In this document: in pieces, positions 39,276-51,265 of the stretch
How positions within the stretch are numbered: the stretch's first letter is position 1
Layout: each line of letters opens with the position of its first letter
Source of the DNA: Auanema rhodensis
Lineage: Eukaryota > Animalia > Nematoda
Assembly (NCBI GenBank): GCA_964057225.1
Contig: OZ059898.1
Location: forward strand, 12,214,001 to 12,278,000
Reading direction: 5' to 3'
DNA: 64,000 nucleotides
Program-made: the position numbers and the translations under genes
The notes under the pieces: model-generated
What the model saw: the letters and a program-made list of their open reading frames with translations, nothing else
Database searches by the model: none
Told to the model about the DNA's origin: nothing

Positions 39276-40520
39276 GAAATATTCCAAAAGTTCCTACGGA
39301 AGTCCGACAGAAAAAATAACAAAAATAAAACTTTTATTCTGTTTAAAAATATAGGAGCTCTTCTCTTGAACTGCTGCAAAACGGTAAAAAAAAAAGGAAT
39401 TAATATAAAAGAGAATTAAAATAAAAAGCAGTGAAAACTTTAGTGAGATCAAGAGAAACAACATGACTTCTACTATTATGGAATGTGGACGTCTGAGAGA
39501 TGTGACGTTTCATCCAGGACTTCGATTTCGCAGATTCTAATCTCCTCTGTTCTTCTTCACGTACCTTCGTTACACATAATCAGCATGATCTATAAGAAAA
39601 GTCAATACATTTCCATACTAGGTTCTAAATTCTGAATGTCCTTTCATCGACCTATTTCTGACCTCAACCGTTATATACCAAAGTCTCCTTACCTTTTTGA
39701 GATCACGAGATCTCAGGGAAAAAATATTCAAAAAATTTGTTTTGCTGTGTTGATGCTACTTAGTTTCTATGCTGACATTAAGACTTTAATCGCTATAAAT
39801 TCGTTCTAATTAAGTAATTGATAGAATCACATGCATATTATGTCATGAGAAAATAGAACAATGTTCAAGAGAAAATATACAAAGCAACAATAGGTAATCA
39901 GCAAATTCCCAGAGAATCCTCGAAAAAGTTTCATAGAAAGCAACAGAAGATGTTTCAACTATGTTAGGGGTTAGCGTAAAATTAGCATATTTCGTGAAAA
40001 AAAGATTTTAAATCATAAGGAAAAAATAAGGAACTGTTGTCGCATTTGATTTACCGGTTGCTATATTAATAAGATTTTTAAAGAGAACTTGGTAAAGAAA
40101 ACCTTATAACAATTGTTGTTTTTTTTCACTTTCTTTTGTAATTCAACTTCAACTTGTTTCTTATGTTTGGTATACACCAGCATATTTTAAAAATTTCAAT
40201 TTGTTGAGTTCAAACGTTTTCAGTAGTTTCAAAAATAAAAATATATACATGATATATTTCCAAGTTTTAATAACAATTGTAACTAAGAAATGTAATAGTG
40301 CTCATTATTTTAAACATCTTACTATTCTTACATACACTGGTTTGAAGTGCGCCCCAATGTGACTACGGGTCCCACGAAGAATTTTACCATGACAATGCAA
40401 CTACTTGATCCCCAGTTCGTCCTAAAATATATTATTTCATATTTTCTGGTAGTTCTTGATTGAAGTTTAACTTTGGTTTTTATGTTTATAACTTTTGAAA
40501 TTTATAGGTAAATCACCGAG

Positions 40521-41124
40521 ATGGCTGCTGCTACTAGCTCCAAGAAGACTCAGGTATGTGTTTGTTACTTCTGGAGTTAATCGTAAGGCTGAGAAGGATC
40601 CGAGATCTGGAGTCTGTTATGATTAATTGAGAAGGGAGTAGCATTCCAATTCAATAATGAACGGCTCATGACTTGGCAATCTTGTCAGTTCTTGTACGGA
40701 ACTTTGTAATTCGTTATTTGGTTTTTGTGATTTGTTTCTAAGATTTGTGTTTTCAGGTCAAGAAGAATGCCGAGAACATTAACTCTCGTCTTTCCATGGT
40801 CATGAAGACCGGAAAGTACGTCCTCGGATACAAGCAAACCCTTAAGACCCTCCGCAACGGAAAGGCTAAGCTTATCCTTATCGCCAACAACACTCCTCCA
40901 CTCAGGTTTGATCTTAGTTTATGAATCTTTGCATATCTCTTTCATTTAGAAAGTCCGAGATCGAGTACTACGCTATGTTGGCCAAGACCGGTGTTCACCA
41001 TTACAATGGAAACAACATTGAGCTTGGAACCGCCTGTGGTCGTCTCTACCGTGTCTGCTCCCTTGCTGTTACCGATCCAGGAGATTCTGACATTATCCGT
41101 AGCGTCCCAACTGAGACCGCTTAA
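40521..41124 (+). CDS. rpl-30: 60S ribosomal protein eL30
   Basis: [65 protein letters not shown]; 3 exons, intron 1 is 40554-40756. Confidence 0.98.
40563..40643 (+). promoter_or_regulatory. Intronic RNA hairpin with two kink-turns (candidate eL30-binding element)
   Basis: Hand-paired stems with two copies of the bulged strand UGA-GAA-GG opposite CU-GGA-G; see finding. Confidence 0.8.
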
Positions 41125-41462
41125 GGCAAATAATTGTTATTTGTTGTTATTCCAATGAATTTTTTCGTTGATTATCTTGTTTTATAATTTTCTGGCTTGC
41201 CTAAAAATGTCTGGCCGTATTAAGTGCATAAGGGGGTGCCTGGGAGACATTGCACTTCAGGATTGCGATAGTTTCAAAGTTGTTAGAATTTGACAATTTT
41301 ATTTTTGACGAAACGTTGCGCCTGATTATGATATCGTATATAGTATTATCAGTGATGATTGAAAAGGTCTTTGATATAAGGGGCCGAGTGTAATGTTTCT
41401 ACAGCTTCGCTGGACGCTGTATCCTTCATTCCATTCATTGTGCTGTTCGTGTCTTAGCTGCC

Positions 41463-42533
41463 ATGTTTAGAAAGATCTCAACGATGCGATCAAATCGTCT
41501 TCCTTTCATAATCGGTGTGGCCGGTGGAACTGCTTCGGGAAAGGTAATTCTTAATAGTTTCCTTGCGCAGTTCATATGTCCTTTAGTCTCTTGTAACGGA
41601 AAAAATAATGGAGCGATTGGCTGATATGCAGAGTAGGAAGAAACAAGTTAGTTTTACATTATTGTATTTAAGTGCATTGTCTTATAGGTGATTATTATTC
41701 CATTGGAATCATTTTACAAAGAGTTGAACGAGGAAGATAAAGCTAAAGCCTTATCAGGAGATTATGATTTTGATCACCCTTGTACTGTTTCCTTCGCCTA
41801 CTTTTTATAATTCTAATCTTTGCAGCTGCCTTCGATTTTGATTTACTCCTAAAAGCTTTAGAAATGTTGGAGAGCGGGCAGCCTGTTGATATTCCAAAAT
41901 ACGATTTTATCGAAAGTAGAAGGTGCTATCTCAGATATTATAACTTCAGAAAACGCTGTTACGGACATTTTCTTTTAGAAAGGGGTCAATTCATCTGGAA
42001 CCTGCAGATGTCATAATCGTTGAAGGCATTTTGATTTTCTACGATGAACTGCTTCGAAATAAATTCTCGATGAAACTGTTTGTTGATGCCGACGCCGATA
42101 TCCGGCTTGCTAGACGAGGTTTGTTTCTGTAATGGTTTTTAATCTTCAAAAGATATTTTTAGTACGTCGTGATACTGTTGAGAGGAAGCGGCCATTGACC
42201 ATTGTGTTACATTCTTATACCAAGAGAGTGGGTTTTGTGTTCAATTAATGAAAACTTTTCTGTGCTATAGGTTAAACCAGCATTTGAAGAATTTTGCCAG
42301 CCTACCAAGAAATGGGCTGATGTCATTATTCCGCGAGGCGGAGAAAACGATATTGCTATTGACCTGTTGGTTCAGCATATCCAGGTACTTCTTTGATAAG
42401 TTTCTCATTCAAATTTAGAATGTTCTTGTAGGATCTTCTTAAAACACCTAGAGGGAGTCCAGACATATCTAGTAAACGTAGTTCGATCGATGAAGGTTCT
42501 GAGGTTGTGAAGTCAAGAGGAAGACCCCATTAA
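41463..42533 (+). CDS. Uridine-cytidine kinase
   Basis: [75 protein letters not shown]. Confidence 0.95.
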
Positions 42534-42894
42534 TACGATCACTTAGTAAAAATTACATTTTGACATATTGTTTCATCTGGTGACTTTTCTTCGCTTTAAA
42601 AATAATTTATGATCAATCATACTGGGCAGTATTCAATTGCATAAACTTCGACTTGTTGAATTTATCCGATTTTGTCTTTCTAGTTCAGAAATCATTTCGA
42701 TTTAAAAGATATCATTGCTTTAAGGGCATTAGGAATGCGTATATTTACTCGTGGATTCCTGTTGAACATTTGCATTAATAAACATTTATACAACATTTTC
42801 ATGAACTGTAAAAGTGTCTGGAAGATACACCAATTTATATTTTCGACACCAGGAAAGAAATTTGCATTAGATTGTGAAATACATTTCTACTTAG

Positions 42895-43738
42895 ATGGAT
42901 AGGATGGAACTGGGACCTGACGGTAAGCCTTGCCGGGCTTGTGTATCAGTGGAGGAAATGATGAAAAAGGGAAGAGAATTAGCGGAGAAAAAACTGAAAA
43001 GTTCGTCAATGTTCTGCTTATTTTCGAAAACCATTTATTTTTTGATGAGGGAGATAAAGCACCTAAGGAAGATATTGCAAAGCAACCATATTCTTCCACA
43101 AGTAGTGACCACCAAACAAACTGCCCTGTGGACAAGGATGAATTAGGTGATTATTACTCGAGAAGCATGATGAAATATTGAGATTAGGAAGGTCAACGTG
43201 GAATTTGCTGCATACTATGAGTGTGTATTACCCTGAGGCGCCTACAGAACAAAAAAAGGCGGAGACCGCTAGCTTTTTACAGAACCTTTCTCGAGTATTC
43301 TACGAGCTAGTCCTTCAAAAGCTATATCATAACTGTTTTACAGACATACCCATGTGACGTTTGTGCTAAAGATCTCCAGCAGGACTTGAAGGATGAACCT
43401 CCAAAATTAACAAATAGAACTGAATTTGCCAATTGGATGTGTCGTCTTCATAACAAAGTTCGTTTTCTTTTTTTTCTCCGATATTTTTGGTTTAAATGTT
43501 TATCAAAACAATTAAGTAGATAAGGCATCTATTCAGCATTTTCTCTTTAGTATTAGTTTAATGTTATTAGTTTAAGCGTAACCCTCTGTACAAAAGTGTG
43601 ACAACACAGTACTATTAAAAAGCTTTTTTCCTTGCGAGTTTTCAGGTCAATGACAAACTTGGAAAACCAGAGTTTGATTGTGCCAATGTATTTGAACGTT
43701 GGAAGGACGGGTGGAAGGATGGCAGCTGTGATTTTTGA
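42895..43738 (+). CDS. GFER: ERV1/ALR FAD-linked sulfhydryl oxidase (mitochondrial intermembrane space import)
   Basis: [61 protein letters not shown]. Confidence 0.96.
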
Positions 43739-43880
43739 ATGCTTTTAAATTAGGGACATTATATACATTAATAGAAATACATAGTTTTGAAAACACTTCT
43801 CTTGTTTTAACTTGATGGTTAAATTCCACTGATTCCTGTTCGTAAAAATGAAAATGTTATTTTTGATAAGAACTTCAGTT

Positions 43881-46528
43881 ATGCACAAGCAAGACCTTTG
43901 GAACAAACATGCCGATAACTACTTGGCAGCCCCAAGTCGGCGTTCGAAGTTTGTTGGCGGTGAGTTCGCTGCATCTATTTCATAATTTATCATTATCTAC
44001 AGATGCTCCCATGGCCAATGCGGTTGTTGCTCATAAAAACACCAAAGTAAAGCAAAAGGAACTTGACTCCGAAAAGTTACAAGCGATGTTGTCAACATGT
44101 CTCTTAGATTTGTTTTGTGATAGCTTCCCCTCGAATCGTAGATCTCATATTAAAGCCGGTAAGATATGTTCAGAATATACATAGAAAAAATAAACTCGAA
44201 AACTTATAGAACTTAGAACAGTAATGGTTAAACTGAATCTGATACCTTCAACATATTTTTCTGAAGATTTTCTATCAATCAGAAGTGCATTTTCTAGCAT
44301 GCTATCTGATGTAATACGCATGACATTAATGAATGAACCGAGCATTTATCCACAGTTTGTTATATTTGTTGTTTTTAGTTTAAAATTTTGTTTCTATAAC
44401 AGAATCACAAATTCTAATGCCAATTTTTCACCTCATCGTGATAGATATCAAACAGATTTTGATGAAATTGAACAAATTGGGCAAGGGGGATTTGCTACAG
44501 TACACAAAGTCGACATTAGACTTTATCACTCGTTATTAAGTATTCGTTTAGGTGAAATCTCGAGTGGATAATTGCTTTTACGCAATCAAAAAAATTAAGT
44601 TCAAGCGTCGTGTTCAGGAAAAGTCGATGGTGGTTAGTGTACTTGAGTTTATTCATCTGCTTCACAACATATTTAGGTTCTAAATGAAATTAAAGTATTA
44701 GCTCAATTGGAACATAGAAATGTTGTGAGGTATCATTGTGGATGGGTGGATATGGAATCTACTTCTAAACAACCTCAACCTACTGATGGTCAACCAAGTT
44801 CACCAATTAGAATTACCGAAATGTATATAACTTCATAAACCGTGAAATGATCTAGTTTACAGACATGATGTAGATACAGATGAAAGTTCTCAAGAGCTTT
44901 CGTCATCCCCTACTGTTGAAAAGAAAACTTGCATGAAAGATGATCTGTCAAAAGGAGATGATGAGAGGTAATATTCCCAATTTGTGAGTCCTATCTATAG
45001 TGTTATTATAAGATCTGCTGAAGAAACGATTGAATCGAGTGTTTCATCATTATCGTCAACGTCATCATCATCCAACATATCAGCTCAGTCAGATGATGAT
45101 AACACTGTTAGTGATAGTGATAACGAAGGTGAGGACTTTTGATAAACACAACCAAGCACACGTTTGCTCAATTTAAAATGAAAAGGGGTTAATAATAACT
45201 TCACGTTTTACGTGAAGTGTATATAACTACTATGTTGATTCAATGTTTATCCACAGAACCTGCGCCTATAAAAAAATGTAGTGGAAAGTTTTGGGCCAGA
45301 AGCTCAGATTCAACATCAACAGAATTGGAATATGAAAGCAGCGTCGCATCTTCAACTAAAACAGCTACAGTTCAGGAACGACGTGAAGTAATGGATTACG
45401 CGTCTGTATGTCATATATTGTTGTCAACCAACAAAATAGCATATTTCAGGTGTGGACTCCAGTAATTTTCATTCAAATGGAACTATGTAATACAACTTTA
45501 GCTCAGTTTTTGATTGATCGAAATGAAAGTAATCCTTCAGGAAGTATGTTTTTTACTATCTGTATTAGTTTAAGATGTTTTTTCTTACAGACATGTGCAT
45601 AAACGAAGGGTTTAATATAAAACTAGTAAAGCAATTGTGTTCAGCTATCGATTACATACATTCTAAACATCTTATTCATAGAGATATAAAAGTAACTAAC
45701 TTATTTGAAATAATTTTGAAATTTTAAACGTTTTCAGCCAAGCAATATTTTCTTGAAAGAAGAGAATGGAAATGTTAGGCTTCTCTTAGGAGATTTTGGA
45801 TTAGCTTGTGTAGACAATGTAGAAGATGAGACTCAAATTTCCAACGAAAGCATTACTGTGAAAACGTACTCATCTTCGAATTAATAATGTATATAATGAA
45901 GATTTTGTAGCAGAAGAAGACGTTCCTCATCTGTTCAAACAATTCATTCTGTTGGGGTTGGAACATACGCCTATGCTGCCCCTGAACAACTTGTTCGAAA
46001 CGATTATGGTCCAATGGTACTGTTGAATGATTTGCAGCAGTTTCATAAAATAGTTCTACTTTAGGTTGACATATATAGTGCTGGAGTAGTTTTATTTGAG
46101 ATATACAATGTTTTTTCAACTGATATGGAACGCTTAAGTAGTATTCAAAAGCTTAGAGAAGATAGACTTATAGAAGAAAAATTATTGAAAAGCTGGCCAT
46201 CCGTGGTATAATCTGTCCCTTTTAATTCAAAGAAAAAAGTTTGAAAATTCAGGTTGAAATGGTTCTAATGATGACAGATCCTGATCCGGCGAAGAGACCA
46301 AAAGCCAGGGACCTTTTACAAATGTGTACTCACACGAAAACAGGTTTAATAATCCTTTTTCATATAGCTAACTTTGAAGTTTCAGTTGAGGATCTTTTGG
46401 ATATGATTCATCTTAAAGATCAACTCATAAAGAACCGAGATGAGCAAATCAAAAGTCATGAAAAAGAAATTGATACATTGAAAAAAGAAGTTGCTCGTCT
46501 TAAAACTATAATCAAAACGAACCAATAG
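43881..46528 (+). CDS. EIF2AK1: eIF2-alpha kinase, HRI-like
   Basis: RYQTDFDEIEQIGQGGF, YAIKKI, HRNVVRYHCGW, long acidic/Ser insert, FIQMELC, HRDIKPSNIF, DFGLA, GVGTYAYAAPEQ; HRI-like N-terminal helical region and C-terminal coiled coil; no signal peptide/TM (not PERK) and no RWD/HisRS region (not GCN2). Confidence 0.85.
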
Positions 46529-49500
46529 CAGGAGCATTTTAAGCAATTTGTATCATTTTTATATTAGAAACACTGGTCAGGACAATATTGTAATTCCGGG
46601 TATTATTTTCATTTGAAAATTTTCAAAGAAATGTTGTTTATATACAAACCGTATTGATTCTCCTATTTCTGTGATCTTATTTTCTAGAACTTTTTTTCCG
46701 TTAAAAAATGTTTGTAGATACAAATTCTTATTACAGGTGCTCAAAAAGATACAAAGAGAAATAATTCACTAAAATTTATAATTATTGTTTTGAAAACAAG
46801 AGATATTAAAGTTTTATGTACAGTCTTTTCAATTCTTTCTTTGTTAAAAGATTTTGGGTAATGTTGACTTAGAAATGAGTTAAAACAACAGAATGTTCCC
46901 AAGCAAATGTTTTTTTGAACTTCATTTACATTCGGCAGGACAAAACTATAAGATGACAAATTTTTGTTAGAAAAAACTAAACGTACTTCGATTCAAATAG
47001 ACAATTTCTTCTTCATTAGACACATCCCCAATATTTTATGGATTTTCCTCTCCTATCTTCTGTATTTTATTCTGAGTCACAACCATATATAGCCGTCGTC
47101 TTTTGGAACTTTGACTCACATACTTCATTTATTTGTTTGAGTGAGCATCATTAGCAATGCTAATAATAGCTTATATTTGAATTAAACTTTTTTTTCAAAT
47201 TATTGTATTGCTAATAATTAATTTTATTTATTATTTTGAAGATTTATACTGTTATAATTTTTATCATTTTAACATTTTGTTTTGTTTTTCATGTATGAAA
47301 AGGCAACACGTCAGACGTTTACCTCCTACGCATTACCTCCTCTCTTTCCTCTCTACTTCTCAAACTATTCAGACAGATGTTTTCCATGACAATATTATTT
47401 AGAAGGAAATGTTCTGACTAAGAACTTGCTCATATTTGGAATGTTTGCCTATTGAAGGAGTTTTGTGATGCATTGACGTGTGCAGGTGTTCGCAAGAAGG
47501 ATTATCGCTCACCTCTGCCCTTGTTTCGAGCATCTGATTCTACTTGGCCTCTTATTCTTCTGCTTATTATCCAACATAAATTGCTATATAGATTAACAAT
47601 TAAGTGTATGTTGCTTCTAATAGCCCATTTCTAATACCAGGATATGTCTATTTTCTTTTTTTTTTCATGAAATATTCTTTCTGTTCACGAACTATTGTGA
47701 TATTTATACCTGAATATTTCCAAATTGTCATTCTCTATAATCTGTTATCCGACCTTTTCTTGTAGTCAAAGCAATTTTAGATGATTTCCTTGACCGAACA
47801 ATCTTAATTCAAATCATATATGCAAGCCAAATACGGTCTAGATGATGATGACTGTGAATCGGAATGCTTATACTCAACAACAGCTGGATCTAATGATCCT
47901 TGAAAAGAACATCATCACTTATGCATGGATTCACTTTAATAGGCATATCGTTGAGCCAGATTGGCTGAGAAAATGAAACTCTAGTTGGGAAATGTTTATC
48001 GTCACGCAATGCTAAGAAAATTTATCTAACCAGATGGATGAATAATCTACAGAATTCGGCAGATTTCATTCTTTCTAGCAGTATCTTCAAAATTCTCCGA
48101 ACTGTTTGTAGTGCGCAAATGATAAGCGTTCACTCATTCAATAGCACAATGATGATTGTATGTGTGATCGATTTAGCCATTTTCGGCAACATCTTCAGTT
48201 CTTTTCCGTATAAAGTTAGTGGATGACTCAGAGGAAGGGAGGCAATGGTAGAGATATGTTCTCACGACTATACTAAGCCATAAACGTACGCAACTTATAT
48301 TGTTCTAATCTGCTAAACAATCAATAAAAGTAAGATAAAAACAAGTTGTAATTTGTTTATTTGTTTGTTCTTCTGATATAAAAACTGTTGCCCAAATAAT
48401 AAACATTTACGCATTTTTGGAATAAAATTACTTGTATATAGTAGGTCATTTGAATAGTTGCTTATCTAGTCATGTACGCTTATCATCCCAACTTTGTGTG
48501 TTCATCATTTTCATTTTGCTCCTTTTCTTCCCTTTGTACTAAATTTTACTGAAAGCACCCTGTTCTTATTTATTTGAACATTGAATCGTCAGCAACATTT
48601 TGTTTTAAACTTCTCTCCTTAAAACATTCATTTAAACACATTAATAACACAATCATATATTCCTTAAAAGCTCTTACTTCTGATTGCTAAATGTCATTTA
48701 TTGTAAAAAAAAGTTTTTTTTATATGTACGTCCTGCTCTCATTACTGTAAATCCATCAGATGAATCTTCTAACTTCATTTCCAATTCATATTGTTCGATC
48801 TTTATTCAAGTAATTTGTCTCATTAAGCTGACTAACAAGCTAACGACCTGAATTTAGTTAGCGTTGGAGGCATCATCCAAATGCGCGTATTGTCCACTAT
48901 AATGACCTTTAAAGGCTTGTCCGTTGTTTCTATAGATTTCCCGGTCATTAGTCATCGGCTGGCTTTGTCTTATTGCTTTAGCTTTATGAAATAGCAATCC
49001 AGCTCGTATGGATGAATTACGACTCATGTTAACTGTTGTGTTCATGTTATTCAAAGAATTTTCAATATTTCCTTGTACGGCTCATTCTATTTAAGATTTT
49101 AGCCCGCAAATGCAGCTCAGATGTTTTCTTCTTCAAGTCCTATTTATAATAATAGTTTTATTCTGCTTCTCTCAAAGTTCCAATCGTGTGCAGCAATGTG
49201 TCAAAGCCAAAAATTCAATTTGCCTTCTTTTGTATGAGTAGGCACTTGTATTCTCTGGTCTATTTAAAATGCTCTGCTTCCAGAGATTCTTTATGAAACT
49301 TGAGATTTTGGAACACCATTGTAGTGCCTGAAATAAACTCATTTCCATATTTGGCATTTTTCGATCCATCATTTTAAGTCAGCTGTCAGTTAAGCTTTAT
49401 GTTCTCTTTCGTGATGTTCTTTCTTTTCTTTGTTCTTGGCATAAGCTCATGGCCTACAACTGATTTATCTCTTTTGGAATTTTATTTGGGTTCAGACAAA

Positions 49501-51209
49501 TTGCGAATTCCTTAGTGCTCAGTATTTAACCATAAACGACAATACTCGTGATTACAAAAACTTCGTAAGGCCATGACCTTATTTCTTGAATGTGTTCACA
49601 ATCCAGGCTGCTCATTACGTTGTAGTTTGATGATTATGACTTCAGGTGTAGATTGCTTTGTTAGTCATCTCCTCAATTATAGTTGTCGTACTACTATCCA
49701 TGTATTTTTTCTAGTATTCTAACTATAATACCTGGGATATTCTTTTCTCTATTTCTCTCTTTTGCTCACTTTGTATTCATGTGTTCAGGGCCATGTGTCG
49801 GCTATCCGTACCTTTCAATGTCCAAAAATGATTTTTCTATACTCAATGATGGTTCTTTAACGAAGAGTTTTCATCTATTCACTATAAACTCTTGATTAAA
49901 TGAATAAAAATTAGCTTAATCGTTTTCGATTTCCTTTATATGACATTTGGCTCATTAGCATACTGATAGCTATGTCTTTGTGTTGTCGAGAACGCCGAAC
50001 ATACTCACTGAACACCAGTCAACCGGCTGGTGTGTCCTGTTCCGGTTCTTGGCGACTGGCTGACCGGAAGACAAGCATTCGACATCAAATGGTTCACAGC
50101 CTGTATCAATAGCACATTTAGTTTGCCGATAGCCTGTTAGCTTCTCCAAATTGTTGAGTAAACCAGCAAAACATTGAGAGCCTTCTGGTCCATATTGCAT
50201 GATCTTTCATCCAATTTCTTTATTTTTCATATATTAATACGCATGTGTGTATGTGCAAAGCAAAATGAAGCATCGTATAAGATCATCTCAAGATCACATA
50301 CTCTGTACGTACATGTGGATTACAGATTACTATCCTTCATTTATCCCCTCTCTTTTGCCTCCAAAACACTTGAAAAGGGCTATTTGTTAAGACGTATTCA
50401 TTTTCAAATTTTTAGCATGTAGACCATATCCTAAAGAGTTTTATAAATCTGGTTTTTCATCACTTTTGCATTGTTTTACTATGTTTACTTATGCTTTTTT
50501 CTATGTTCTGTTACTAGTTGACCCGTTAAATTAGCCATCTCCCCATTTGGCTACACTATAATTGAAACGATTACTGCCTTCTGTCGTATTTTGCCTACAG
50601 CCCAAGCTCTAAGCTAATTTAGTGTGCTATTGGGCTAAAATGAGCAGAAACAACGTACTTTTGATGATTCCTTTCTTTGCTCTAACTTATTCTTAATAAT
50701 ATTTTGGTTGTTTCCCATCGTTTGATGTTCCTTCTTCATTTCTGTCAACAAGCCCTCTGTATACATTGTATTCAGTCCTATCTTCTGAAGACAATACAAA
50801 CTCAATCCCACCCAGTGTGCTGTTGCGGCTTCCTCCCGTATCTAACAATCAACCGAACATTTAGCTGCCCTTAACGATTACCGCCATATACAGTCACTAA
50901 TATTTCTATTCTTCGTTACTAAATCCGTTCTTTTCTGATTTTCTTCAATATATTAATTTTGGTTATAATTTCCATTTCGCATGATCAAAAGAGTATCCAT
51001 TAATTGAAATTCGCCTTCTGTTTCGGAACACATTGCAAAACTGACAGATTTTGAATGAAAGCTGTTAAAACGGAAATGAGATGAGCTATTTCAGTTCTTT
51101 TAGAGTCATCACTATACTTGCTTCTGTAATCTCAATTTGTATATAAATGATTTGAAGCCAGGCGTCAGTGGACTGTGTTTGTCTTTCCAATAGCCACTTA
51201 TGGACATCT

Positions 51210-51265
51210 TTCTCTCTCTTTCTCTCTCTCTCTCCCTCTCTCTCTCCTCACTTCTCTCTCTCTCT
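51210..51265. repeat. Imperfect (CT)n microsatellite
   Basis: Direct inspection; further GA/CT tracts near 51762-51787 and 54265-54303. Confidence 0.9.

Noticed and set aside
40563-40700. rpl-30 intronic structure as a snoRNA
   Set aside because: No RUGAUGA/CUGA box pair and no H or ACA box in the expected positions; the K-turns are the GAA/GGA type.
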